Origin: Penicillus capitatus
Taxonomy: Eukaryota > Plantae > Chlorophyta
Reading direction: 5' to 3'
Length of the DNA stretch: 64,000 nucleotides
Assembly: GCA_965649825.1 (NCBI GenBank)
Contig: OZ287704.1
Span: 666,301 to 730,300, forward strand
Below are positions 11,595 to 25,500 of this stretch, in pieces. Numbering within the stretch: position 1 is the first letter of the stretch; each line of letters opens with the position of its first letter. Both the position numbers and the translations under genes were made by a program. The notes under the pieces were generated by a model. The model was not told the DNA's origin, did not search any database, and worked only from the letters and a program-made list of their open reading frames with translations.

Positions 11595-14500
11595 ATGAAC
11601 CGAGGCAGGGTTGGAGTCGTCTTACGAGTAAAACCACGAGAAGAGAACAAACATTCCGACCGTTTGACCGTCTTGGACGCCGAAACGGTAAAAATACCAG
11701 AAACAGATATCGCTGCAGCATCCCCAAGAATAGCCTGACTCAAGAGCGAGTTCTGACGATGGAATGGTGTGTTGCAGGGCGGAGCTACTGTCATTCTCAA
11801 AAAGTCTAACAGAAACGAGGAGCTGTTTCAGGCACGTACAGCTTTTCTTCATTGAAAATGGAGAGGAATGAGTCTGCTTGTGCATAGTATCGATTTTATC
11901 GGGCATTGGAAAATGCATCGCAGGAGAAAACGTATGCCGTTTGCGGCGAAGAAGTGATAAACTCGTGTTTGGAAGGATACAATGGGACAATTTTGGCCTA
12001 TGGCCAAACAGGAGCTGGAAAGACATTTTCGATGTTTGGACCAGATGGCATCGGACACGACGATATCGAATTTCATGGGATTATGCCTCGTGCAATAGAA
12101 CATGTACGACAGTCTGTCATCACAATGTTGATGTGACAGTTGCATGACGGTTGTCGTGCCTAAAGGTGTTTTGTGGCGTTAAGCGCAGTTTGGAATGGCA
12201 AGTGAAAATGACATTCGTTGAAATTTACAATGAGACATTCAGAGATCTGTTGACACATTCACGGGCGCCCATTTCTGTACAGGACAGTTCGAATAGGTCA
12301 CCGTCCATACCGTATAGACCTGGTGCTTTATGTGGCATTGGTGTTTAGAGGAAAGGGTCCGACCTACCTCAAAGGACTGACACCCGTCAATGTTCGATCG
12401 GTGGAACAGGCATTTGAACTGCTGTTGGAGGTAGAATACGATCGATGGATTTCGTGTGAAGATGACAAGTGTATCCCCAGGGACAAGAAGCAAGAAGCGT
12501 CGCTGCTCATGCGATGAATGATCGTTCTTCGCGTTCTCATGCAATTCTGACACTGTGGATCGAAATCACGACGGAAGGTGCGTGCAGTTAGAGACAAGTG
12601 AGAAAAGAGTGAGATTGAGCTGTCTGTATGTGTGTTGCAGATGGACGGACTCGGAAGTCAAAACTTAACATGGTTGATTTAGCTGGTTCGGAACGCACCC
12701 GCAAGACTGGCGCTGCGGGTACCATCGCAAAGGAAGCAACATTCATCAACAAGTCACTCAGCTGTCTCTCAATGGTCGCCAAAGAACTGCGAAAGAAATC
12801 GACCCATGTGCATTATCGAGATTCAAAACTCACACACTATCTCAAGGTACAGGCATATCGTAAAGAGTGATAAATTTCACGAGACGATGATGTGACAGGA
12901 TTCATTAGGGGGGAATTGTCGCACGCTGATGATCGCTTGTATCTGGGGAGATGCTAATCATCTTAACGAGTCTCTGTCAACCTGTCGATTTGCTGACGAT
13001 ATTCAGCAGGCAAGCGCAATGGATTCTTTGGCTTTCGTTATCTGCCATTGGTTACAGGTCGAGGTGAACGTTTCGAAGAACAGTGGCGTTGAAAGTGTCC
13101 ATGGAAATCTGTTCAAATTGAATCCAGCTATGACAAAGTACATCGATCAGATGATGGCGAAACGCGTTGCGCAGGAGAAGGCAAAGATGTTCCGGGATTT
13201 AAAAAGAAGAGGCCTGGTGACACAACTGGGTGACACGATGGATCTCATTGAGGAAACTGACGAACAGCCCACGGCAGACGAAGAGTATTCGGAGCTCGAA
13301 TCCCTTCGAAAGAAGGTTAAGGAACTGGAGGACATGGAGGCGACCAAGAGAAAGTGGGGCGTCTCCAAGGAAGGCTCTTTTGAAGAGCTGCAGACATTGA
13401 GGCAACGCGTTGCAGACCTGGAATCGGAAAAGGAGGAGGTGCAGTACGAGATGCAGCAACGTATGAAGGAAGCGGAATCGAGTTTACTGGAAGAAATGCA
13501 GGAGCTCCGAGTAAAGGTCTGTGAGCTGCAGAAGATCCGAGCACTGACCCACAGCGAATGCTCCGAACTGTACGCCCTGCGAGAACAGATGTCACAGGTG
13601 GCAGGACGGCGATCACGGAGCGGTTTGAAAAAGACATACAAAACATGGCATCCCAGCATGTTCATGGGCAACTGTGACATGGCAATCCAGGAGCCGTACC
13701 CGGAGCCGGCGAATCGAAGAAAGATTGCTGCGGGCATTCAACTTCCACCGGACCCTACGGAATCGGAGTCTTCAACAACAGATGATGACCATCAGAGTTG
13801 CCAGACCGTGGAAGAGCAGGCTCGCGTTGTGGGTCAGCTGGAGGGACTGCGAGATCGATTACGGGAACTGCACGATGTTGCCGTGGGCAAACTCACACAG
13901 GACAACTATGATGAACTCTCATCCATCCGCGATCGGATACTTACATTTCGGTCAATGGATATGAGCGCCGAGGAAAAGCCAGATGAAGATCACGGCATCT
14001 TGAACGAACTCGAAGGCATGCGAGAGAGACTGAAGGAACTGCAGTCCGTGTCCGTCGACCGCATGACACCAGACAATCTGAGGGAACTCGCACATATCAA
14101 AGACAAAATCGTCACCCTTCAGGTAGTCCACCTATGGGCCCTTTGAGGATGAAGGGATGTGTGTTGCTGCCTACAGAACAATGACAGGGTCAGAAATATC
14201 TTGGCATCGAGGAACGAAGCAACCGTGTCGACACAGCCGCTTGTGACGAGCGCCTCAGCAGGGCTCTTTCTGGAGAGCTCACCCGGCACGACGCCCTCGA
14301 GTGCGCATCACCAGCACAGTTTGTCTTCACATCTCCAGTCGTTCATGGAGACTCCTCATGCTAGAACACGCGTCCCATCTCCCAGAGACCATAATCAGCC
14401 TCCTCCTTCAACAAACATGGCTCCATGTATAGCTCACTGTTCCTTTCCATCGCCTGCTGAGGAAGACGACATTGTGCAGTTGAAGGTTCTCTGGATTCTA

Positions 14501-14993
14501 TGAATATGGAAGTGCCTGTCGATCAACGAGATCGTCGATTGAGTTACATTCCTCCATTTCCTGGAAGCGAATTGGATCGTCAATCGAGTCCAGACCATCT
14601 ACCAGATGCTTCAGGATTGGAATGCTCTCCTCCATGTTTCTCCAATGACGCTCGGTGCTTCACGAATCTCAGGTAAGCACATCTACCTTTGTCATCATGA
14701 CTGCGATCGAGGGGCCATTGCTGCACAGCAAACCTGACAAAAAGAGGAGTTTGGGAGGGCGTGTGGGCTGGCACTTGTGGAATCTTGTGAGTTTTGGAAA
14801 ACTGGGGATGGTACAAGAGAAACAACGTGATAAACCTTTAGATGAAACAGCCAACATCGTCATTCTCAACTCTTTAACCCATGGACAAGTGCTAGAGCTC
14901 CTTAGGGATCGTTACGCCACGCATCCGTGCATGGGCAGTTCAATCGGATCGGATTATCCATACGATCAAAATGTTTATCTGCGTGGACCTTAA
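11595..14993 (+). CDS. Kinesin motor protein, most like kinesin-9 (KIF6/KIF9/KLP1) with a long tail
   Basis: [15 protein letters not shown]-loop [13 protein letters not shown], switch [12 protein letters not shown], switch [24 protein letters not shown]|[17 protein letters not shown]...ESLSTCRFA. Tail exons after 14123 are less certain. Confidence 0.85.
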
Positions 14994-16681
14994 ACGTTCT
15001 CCCTAAGGCTTAACTTCTTTTCCTGACTCTGTTTAATAATTCCCCGACATAAGAGAACTGTTTTCAAGTCACCATCATCAAGTTGTGATTCGCTGCATGC
15101 ATCCTGTTTCAGCAACGTTTTCGTGCACGATGTCTGATGTGACAGGAGTTCTGACATCTTTCTTTGCTGTGACGGGGACTTCCTTTCACGGTGGAAGACA
15201 GAGTCTGTTAACCCCCTTTCGCCACCGCTTGACCTTTTTTATTGAGGTACTGTGACGATCGATCATCAATCATCCGCTTGCCAAGCTGCAGCTGTTGAGA
15301 TGATTCGTTCTTTCAACATCCGTCTGTGCGTTCACAACTGAGTCGTTCCGTTATGTCTGTCGATTTATTCCGTCCTCTCAGTCGTGATAGCCACCACGCC
15401 TTATTCCTACGAATCGTTTTGGTATCCTGTCTTCTTTTGATGATATACACTTTGCGTCGTCGAACGGTTTGTTTATATCTGGAGGGGTGGGATGATGCAG
15501 GATGGAGCTTTTGTGTTGTGGCTGATTGTTTTGTTTGTTTTTGTTGTCGTACATTCTCCACAGCTGCATGATTCGATTAGTGAGCGAGCGAGTTATGTAT
15601 AAATCACGCTACCCTCGAATTTGTGAAAAAAAATAAGCCGAGAACTTAATGGAAGGTGCGCCGAGTGCGCTACAGGAATAGGCAATAACATAAATTGTCT
15701 AGGAATGTGCGTGGCATCTTTACCGCCAGGAACACAACGATGTTGCTTATGGCTTAAATAAAGAAGAGGGATCGTTTAATGTGTGATGCCAAGCCGTCAA
15801 ATGTGATCCGGTCTCACGCATAGATCGCGATATTCATCGCAGTGGAAGTGTTTTTGTCGTGTGTGTGTTGGGGACGACAATGGGGTGTTACAAGCAGCAT
15901 CCATGTCCGAGCAATGGGGGTGAACTCTCCTGTAAATACAGAGCAACACCTGGTTCGGAATCGGTCTCCTGCCCACCACCGAAAGACAAAACGGACGCCA
16001 TGCGGTCCCGCTCAAAGATGGAGGCAGTATGTGGACTGTGGTATTTTGGTTTGTATCGGGTCTCGTCTCAGGACAAAGCGCAGCAAGACGGATCATGTGT
16101 TTCACACCGCGGTCGGCATTGCCATTTGGCATTCTCGATGCAGCGTGCATGGATTTAGAGGTCTGGTTGATGTCGCAGTACCTTCGGTCCCTCCTGACGA
16201 TTGTGTTTCGACAAACGTATTATGTTTTGCAATTCAGATCTCCGGTCTGATATTCGTATGTTGGCCGCCCTGTTATTCTTTACCATCTTCATGTCATGTA
16301 GCAACAATCTCAAACAGAATCTCAGCGTTTCATTCTTTGAGACGATCTCGACGCGATTCGTGACGACCATCAGACGGATACCGTTTTGTACAGTACTGTC
16401 TATCGCGGCAGCTTCATTTGGAACATTGCCAATGCGTTGCTCATGTTTACTGACAGTTGATGATGCAAAACATCACACAAAATCTGTTCGACTGTATCAA
16501 CATTGATCCGCACAGTCAGGACAACGAAGAACTGTTGTGTTAATAAAATGATAAAAACGGCCGGAAGAAGCAGGCCATGTGGAATGATGATGTTGATCAG
16601 CCCCGCCCGATCGACATTCACATTCCGTTCGACTTTATACCGGAGAAGAGATTTTTAGCAGCAATAACGAAACACACATTT

Positions 16682-19600
16682 CTAGACGCTGGACGATTCC
16701 TTATTCAAAAGCGCAGACAGGGAAGCAACAGGTGCAGCAGGAGATGCGACATCCTCATTTATTGGCTGGTTATCTACTAGAGATCTCCAGTCAGAAAATA
16801 AACCGTATAGTTTAAAACAGAGGCTGAAAATGCCCATACTATTTTCGCTGGTTGTCATAGACGTTGTATGCGTTGTCTGTCGTTTCAGATCGAGGAACAA
16901 GTGAAGTCCGGCGTACAGACGATAGGAGATATAGAGTACAAAAACAGTATTTGTAACAAATGCAAAACTGCTTATAAAGGCACGGCCAAATGCAGAAGAT
17001 GCCGTGTCTTGCAATACGACGGCACAGTAAAACACAAGTGCGGAGGACATTAACGATACCGACTCGATGATATTAAGGTGAACAGCATTGTTAAAATTCA
17101 ACCACTTACGGGCGAGATGCGGCTGACGCAGTACATAGAAGACGCGTCCAGCGTACTCGGGTAGATTCTGGCACTTCTGTGGCGTCTTGAACGGCACGAA
17201 GATGGCTTGCAGTGCGAGAGACACCGTCAGGACTGCGGCACAGAGAGAGGCGTTAAGAGTCGGTGTCAGGTGCACGGTGAAGACCACGGCTGCGGCGATC
17301 AATGACTTTCGGGTAAGGATAACGGCCTCCCAGCAGACGGTATACCACTCACGTCGGTAAGCCTGATAGAGAAACCAGTATCTGGAGAGAAAGAGTGCGT
17401 TCGTTCGGTGCTTTCTGTTAAGCGGCAACCAGAGAACGATAAACACGATGCCGCCGAACGCAAGGATCAGACCGACAATGCCGACCACGACAAGAGGCAG
17501 ATGCGACTGTCGGAAGCACGTCAGCTCTGTATCTTCGGCCCAAACGCGTTTGCCGGTCACTTCGGTGGCATAGATGAGGTAGGGATGGTCTGAACGCACT
17601 TCCGTCTGCGGTTCTCCCTTCTTGACGCAGTTGATTGTCCTGAGCAGCTCCCGGACGATGTCGATATAGGAGAAGTGCATCGTGACGATAGAGACGACGA
17701 TGGCCATGGTAACAAAGCCCCGTCGGGTCAATTGGAAAGGCAGATCTGACGTTGTCGTTGCCCCGGCGCGAAATCTGAAATATAAACAGAGGAAGAGAGC
17801 GAAGAGGATGAGTGTCAGACCGACGGCAAAGGGCGAAACCAGTCGCATCCATAAAGCTGCAACGGATGCAGGAACGATGGTCCCATTGAAGCTGCACTCA
17901 AAGGGCGCCGTGACCAACGTTGCCAGCGATCCCACAAAGCAGCCTGACACAAAGGACCCACCGTCGCAGGTGCTTGGTGTTTTCGGCATTGTTATTACCC
18001 TCCATCTGCAGGAGGACTTTCAGCGGTCCACTCCACTTCGCTTGAAGACGAAGGGCGATGCCGGTCACTTGTAAATAGTTGATCAGAATCTAACGGCAAC
18101 ACGTGACGAAGCCATTCAGAACTCTATCGGTGTCACTTTTAGGGTTTCGGTCAGGAGAGCGGTGGTCACAAGCTGATGAACCGTCGCCGAATCAGCCGCA
18201 CCGCCGTTGAGCGCCGTCACGGAATCCCCTAAACACAGCACGCGCTTGACTGAGACAATGTACTTCTCTCTATGCACGTTGCGTACCCGTTCTCGCTGAA
18301 ACTGTCATAGTGTACTGTGTCGCAGAGTGAACAGACGACGGCGGCGCTGGATTTTTGGATGCCGCCATCTGCAGCTCATGTTTTGCCAAGGTTACCCGCG
18401 AGTTTGTCGATGACCAGGTGATGGCGCAGTTCGTGCCGATCAATAGAAACAGCCAAACGGCATTGAGGAACATCCGAAAGCCGCCTAGACCTTTGCTTTC
18501 CGGACAGGCGGCGCATTTCCCCGTGTAAGAATGGCCATATCCCGATTGACAGGATCCGCAGAATGGACCCGCGTATCCCTCGGCGCATTGCTCGTATTCC
18601 GGAAAGACAGGTCTCGGTGCTTGACCGTCGTTGTAGTCGACGAGCTTCTCCAAGTGCGTCTTCAGCGATGACACCTCTTCGTAGAATGCCTCGAGTTTCT
18701 GCTGTCGACCGTCGTAACGACAGGCGGATGGATAGATGCACTTGTAGAAGGCTGGGGAGAAAGGACCCGAATGCCAGAATCCGTCCAGCGGGACAAGCAT
18801 CGCTCCTCCGTGACAGACCGCATGCTCTTCGCAGCTCTCGCATTTTTCCAATGAGGCATCAAATCCATACTGACCCACGGGACACGGTCTGCAGACGTCC
18901 ACCTGTTCGACCTCTCCGGGGTAGCACTCTCGAGTGGAGATCGGAACATCGACGAACACGGATCTGTCGTATTCGCTGGCGATGGTCAAGACGCTCGTCT
19001 GGTTGATGCCCCATGCTCGTGTACCAGAGATTTCGACGACGCCGTTGACGGCGGTGTAAGTGTTGTCGCCGACGATAGCATCTGAGACCAGAACGACTTT
19101 CAGACTGGCATCTTCAATGCCTCGTGTGATTGTTGTGTTTAGGGCGTCTTTCACAAGGATACGCGGAGGACGGGTGCAAGATGCGTTGCCTTTGCAAGGC
19201 ACTCGTAAGCTCTCTCCACTGTTGACCGGTACAACTCTGTCCCATTCTTCAATCTCGAGTCTGACGGCTCTGGTTCCCACGTCGGCGCCAAGACGGCTGT
19301 CGCTATCAGTGATGACGTTGTCGGTAATACTGGTGCAAAACCGACGGGAGTCGTCTCCTTCTGTGCTCGACTGTAAGTGCGTGATGGGTACCCACTTCTC
19401 ATCGTCAGCGCCACAGGACGCCACGATGCCTCTCGGTACGGATGAGAACACACCGCCTGCAAACATGGCCCTGTTGCCGGTCACCGTCACGTTCTGAAAC
19501 TCAAAATGACGGCAGACATCGAATCCGATGGCAATTGGAAAACACGACAGCCTTCTGTCTTCGTTCCATGGAAGATCTGCCATCTGAGCCGAGACGCCAC

Positions 19601-21828
19601 CTAGATCAAAAGGCCCATCACGTGTTTTCTCGAGGGAAGGGGCGCACCTCCGACGACTGCTTCATTTTCTTTAATCAGGATGTTTTTGAATATCACTTCG
19701 ACGACGGCAAGTGGTCGCAGACTGACGAACGAAACACTCAGTCCTCCGCCGTTTCCTTCAATGGAGCGAGCGACTGAGTCCACTTCCGTCGCACGACTAC
19801 CGAAGCGAGTGGCGTCGAAAGGGGCAGGAGGATGATAGCGTCGAGATTCAGCACGGAAAGCCGCCATTTCTGGATCGGCCAGCAGTATTGCTCTGTTACC
19901 GATGAACGAGGCGTTTTCGATCTGCGCAGGGATCGGATGAGATCGCGATATCCATTTGGGAATCGCACCGTGCAAAGAAAAAGCGATGATTCGCCAACTT
20001 CGTAGAGCGCGCCGCCGCCAGTAGCGGCGATGTTGTTTCGGAAGACACTTGGCTGATCATCCGACGATGTCACTCTGACATTCGGCACTCCGAAAAACGC
20101 CACTCCTCCGCCGACCATGGCGCGATTGTCCTCTGCTACGATTCCGCGAAGGACGACGGAAGAGTCGCCATCCACATGAATGCCGCCTCCCGATCGATAG
20201 GACGTGTTGTTTCTGAGTAGGAGTCTCTCCAATTCCAGCATGCCTACGCAACACGCGTGCACGTCTGCTTTGGTCCTGCGTCGTGTTACGTGCCTGCACT
20301 CGAATAAATCCCGCCGCCAGTCATTCCAGTGTTGTTTTCTATGATGTTGTTGGCGGTATGGTTGTCCCGGGCACGGACAGACTTCAACACTGAGGATTCG
20401 GCAAAGAATGTACCTCCGTACATCGACGTGCTGTTTCGGAAAACGGAGTTCTCGAACGACAGTTGTGTGGAGGCCAATGCGACGGCGCCTCCGCCTGTTA
20501 AAGCGATGTTCCCGTCGAAACGACAGGAAAGAATCGAATGGCGTGACAGAGACGGACTTTTGGCACGCAGTCGGATAGCCCCGCCACGATATGCTTGGTT
20601 GCCCGAGAATGTCGTGTTCCTGAACGACCACACAGACAGAGCGATGTCGAGCGCCTCGAGTGCCAAAGCGCCTCCGTCGTTCGATTCTTGAGAACTGGAA
20701 GCCATCTTCCAAGCATTCGGCTGCGGTCCACAAAAAGCCATATTTCTTGCAAACTCAGAATCTTCGACGTCAAACAGATGCGATGCGCCGTGCCAAGTAC
20801 TCGGTGAATACACAACGAAAATGGCGCCGCCGCCGCCACAGCCGACGTTGTCTGAGAAATTAGACGAGGATATGAACGTCCTTCCCGGATTACTCGCAAA
20901 GAGAGCGCCGCCCGTCCCTATACTCTGAGCATTGCGGTTGGCGGCAAGGCCAAGAAGGTCGCCCAGGGATGTCGTTAGAGTAGCGGGTCCGTGAGCCTTG
21001 TTTTGCGTGAAGCTCGACTTCGTGATCCTCAAGCTGCCTTCGTGAGCATCGCTGGTGCAGACAGCACCGCCAGAAAGAGTGGCTTCGTTTTGGTCAAACG
21101 TGCATTTCTTGAGACCTATATCGGCATTCTGAGCAAAAATCGCTCCGCCTCGTTTTGCTTGGTTGTTTTCGAATCGACACCATTCGAAGCGAACCAGAGG
21201 TCGGACACACGAAGTCTCCATACATGCTTCCACCCGAACAGCTGCGCCGACCATGTCATCCTCGACGCTTCCGTTATCAACAAAATCGACGCGCTCAAAA
21301 GCGACCTGCCGTTTACGCTTCGTGATCCTTCGTCCGACGTCAACAACGATCGCCGAATGACCACGACACCCAGTGAGACGCAAAAAGGCGACTGTCGTTT
21401 CGCCTTCTCTACGAGGCACACACAACTTTGCTTTCTATACCAAGAGAGATACCGAGCTTACCTGATGACAATTGCTGGTTCGTTGCCGTTCCCTGGACAG
21501 CGCAGTACCGTCATCTTTTCCTGTACCCCTTCAATACTGACTCCGCGTTCATTGAGAAATAAGGTTCTTGTGAGAACGATCTCGGTCGTGTTTACGAGCA
21601 CTCTCCCTCCGTTCCGCAGTCCGCGAACGGCATCGTGGAGTTCCTCCTCCGTGCGAACGACGACCGCTTCCTCAGCGCTACGGGAGATGGGTCTTTGTTT
21701 TTGACACAGTACTAAGCACAAAAAACATAAGTACCGCTGCGTTGGTTAGGATGGGTACTCGACGACTCACCGCTCTGCTTTTTGAGAAGGAGGATGAGCA
21801 CAACTGAGAAGACGATTCGAATTCGCAT
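16682..21828 (-). CDS. Large receptor-like membrane protein: signal peptide, right-handed beta-helix (GGA/GGG-x-F-x-x-N repeats), Cys-rich repeats and about 9 TM helices
   Basis: First exon MRIRIVFSVVLILLL; repeats such as FENNQAKRGGAIF, FSGNQAYRGGAI, GNRAMFAGGVF; CxxC-rich CRPCPVGQYG...CAEGYAGPFCGSCQSGYG; hydrophobic helices in 16750-18500. Confidence 0.8.
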
Positions 21829-22572
21829 CTTTGGGTATAACGCCAGAGTGAACCGAGTACACAGCAAGCTGCGAAATGTGGCAGTTAAGGCCTCCGTAGA
21901 ATTTGGAGAAAACGCAAAACGCGAGACACCAGTTTGTGAGTGAACGAACGCACAGCTTCGCGTTTTAATGCCAAAACTCCATGCGGAATCTCAAGGCAGA
22001 CATAAAACGTACTGCAGATGATTGTCCTGCGTTTCTCGAATGCCCTGTCGGATGTCGTGATGTTCATGAACTGCAGACGAAGTTCATTTTCTGACCGACA
22101 TCGATGCGAAGCCAACCTTCTGAAAGACACGTAACACCTGTGCAATGAGACGTTCAACATGGACGAACAACGACCTTATTTGAAAGGCCTTTTGCACGAC
22201 AGTGATACTCATATTGCCACCAACGAGACACAGCTCAACAACTCGAGAAAACACTACTCCACGTATGCAATAGAAAGATCCCAGTTGCGATCGGCTTCGA
22301 CATGCTTGGTCGCTTCACAGAGTTCACACACAGAATCGAAATCTACGCTCTGATTGTCGGTCACGTGCTGTGATGCGTGTCTCCCTCGCATCGAGCATTT
22401 AACGAGACGTGTCTCTCCTCTTGACGGTCTAGAAGTGTTCTAGACACCGCCTTTATGATCCCCTAACGTGTCCCTGTCTATTCAAGGTGAGCGAGACATC
22501 TTTGTTCATCTCCTCACATGCCACTGGCAGAAGGAGCTTCTAATCCATGAATGATCATTATCTCTATTCATC

Positions 22573-25500
22573 ATGACGACGCGACTCTTTACCAAAGAGA
22601 CTGGGGGTGTGGATTGGAGTCACGTTGACAGAGAACTCGACAGTCTTCCTTCCGATCTTCGCACTCCTCGTTTCGACGCCCTGAAGCATGTCGTCGAGAT
22701 TCTTTCGGCAGTCGACCCAAAGGACCTTGTCGAGGAACTCACTGCGTCGAAAAATCGACTGGAGTCGCTCATTGACAGCGTAGTCGATGTCTACCACAAC
22801 GGTTTCAATCTCGCTATCCAGAACTACTCAAAAATCCTGCAGCTATTCTCCGAGTCCAGAGAGCAGGCAGGTTGCTTCTGGGATGTGACGTGCACAGAGC
22901 TCTGTCTATCAGGTGGACAGCATACAGCTCGCGTTGAATGAAACGAGACGACGACTCGGTGCCCAGAATCTCTCTTTGGAGACACACTGGCAGCGAAGTG
23001 TGAAGTTTGATACCATTTGCAAAATCCTATCGGATGTGGAATCGGTTACGGCCATCCCGGCAGAGGTATCCATCGCGTGACAGAACGGACCACCACACTT
23101 GTGTGTTCGTACAGATCGATGCATGTCAGGCTCATCGCGACTGGCCCAACGCCGCAAATCTATTAGTCGATGCCTGTCACAAGATGACCCGAAAGGAGCT
23201 TGAAAAAATCAAAGGCCTCAGCAAAATCAAGGTGATCCGTTTCTGTATCGAAAAGGAGAAGAGATCGACATCCAGGATGATCTCTGCACGAGGTGGAAGA
23301 TGGTTCAGACACAGATCGCGTCCGACATCGAACGCATCATCTTTGAGAATGAAGTGTGGATTGGTCGCTTTGCTCCTGGCAATGTTCTGTTCTAGGCATT
23401 CTGTTTTGATGTGGATGATGACCCGACACCTTCAACGACGCCATCTAAGCTTGCCATAAAGCGACTGAGTAGTGTCCATGCCGCTGGCAATACGCCAAGA
23501 CACACGCGTTATCCGAGCGCCTTTAGCGCTGGAACACCAAATACTGATGGGTGTTGCTATCCGACCCGTACCAGTACATTATCGCAGTCTTTCCGCCGCC
23601 ATTTTCCGCACAAGACAACGGAAGGGACATCGACTGCCGCTGCACCTTCGAAGAGAGTGAATTTTTCTGTGGAATCCCTGATTGATTGTATGGGGCGCTT
23701 GGGGAGTCTGCCTGAGTTTAAGGAGAGCCTGAGGAGGAGTCTGAGTTCCAGATTGAAGTCAGCCATCGTGGCTGTCACTCAGGCGGTCAAACAGAAGAAG
23801 GGAGCAGCACAGGACGCATCTGCTTTTGGTCCGCAGGCTTCGACCAAAACGAATCTGAGTCTATCTATTCCACCCTCCATCGCACGGATCTCCGAGGATC
23901 TCCTCTCCGAGCTGTGCAAACGTGTTCAAGTCATCCTCTACAATCTCTTTGGCGTTTTGAAGATTGTCTCTTTACGAGATGAACATCTGAACACGTCAGA
24001 GGTAAAGAATGGCGAAAGGAAACACGCTACACGTCTGGGTGTAGGTGTGGTTTTTGAGAAACTATTTCTTACAGGATGCTGAAGGTGATGAATCGCCTCT
24101 TCCCCCACAGATCAACGCACCCCGAAAAGAGAGTAAGAAGGGAGCACTCGAAGACAACCCCCAGCAAATGCCACTGCGTTTCATGACTGGCAGTAACCGC
24201 ACCTTCGAATCGGGAGCACAAAACAACGGTGTGCATCTAGGTGAATACTTGGACGCAGCCTGTCTGGATGCCTGGAACATCGTGCAGGATGAATTTGTGC
24301 AGATCATTGCGGAGATGCTGAACGTCCCTCTGCAACAGGCAAGCTGTCTGTCCATCACGAGCCATCGATACCGAGCACGCAACCTGATTTAGGTGGATCC
24401 GAGAGACATGTCCGATACGATGGCGGGCGTATGGCTCAAGAGATTGGACGAGAACAAGGGCTCTGGCATTACCAAAGCGTCACGGACGCGTTCTGGTACT
24501 CTCTCTGAGCGCAAGTCACGACTGACCTTCTCATTCGGCATTGATCTGGAACAAGATATCGATGCAAAGGCCAGAGGAGGCAAGATGGACATTCCCTTTC
24601 GAATATCCAAAGGTTGTGTTGACAGGGTACAGTCCGAGCAAGAAAGAGGCTTCCTATACGAAGCACATCCAGGAGGTGCTGAATGGTTCAGGTGGAACGT
24701 ATCTCGCACCGATTGTGTACAAGGCTATTTCTGATTTCCTATCGGCAACGCGCATACGGATCCTAACGGTGCGCCTTACAGAATCAATCAGGGCATATCT
24801 TTGCTGCAGATTATGCGCGAATTTGAATCGGCGACTTCAGTTTCGGTACTCGAGTCGAGTAAATCGCTGGCGGAAGGAGGTCAGAGACTCAAATCCTTTC
24901 TGGAGAAATACGTCATGGAGACATTTCTTTCTCAGGTTTGCTAAAAATGTGTTGGATGGGACACCGAGTGCCTGTTGCAGGTATGGGTCGATTTTAGAGG
25001 CCGTGTTACGGCAGCCATGGAAGATCCGGAAGCATTCAGACCTCAGATTCGTGCTCGTCCGGGGACCTCTCGAAAACATGATGGTACGGTTAGAGTTATG
25101 CACACGATTGACACCTCGCTACCCTGCTAGATGGTCTCGTTTTGCGTGCTGCCACCGTTGCCGACAAGATGGTGAGGGAAGTCATGGGCTGGGCAGTGTG
25201 CATGCCACCCTTCGCTTCCTCCCTCACAGGCGTCGTCGAGAATATCCTTGGCCGAGTACAAGATGCATTCTTTACGAATATCACGCAGACACTGGGCAAC
25301 ACTGTATCTGGAAAGCACGCTCTGAATCAGGAAATGGCTCTGCTTATGAGTCTCGAATCTGATGCGGAGCACATCGCAGGTCAGTCCCTTCCCTTCACTA
25401 TCATTGAAGGACTGGGCGCTGTGTAGACCCTGCCAGGTTTTCCATTGTGAGTGCAGGCGAGCCGCTGGATCCCGCTGCCTGTCCTTCTCCCTTTTCCCAG

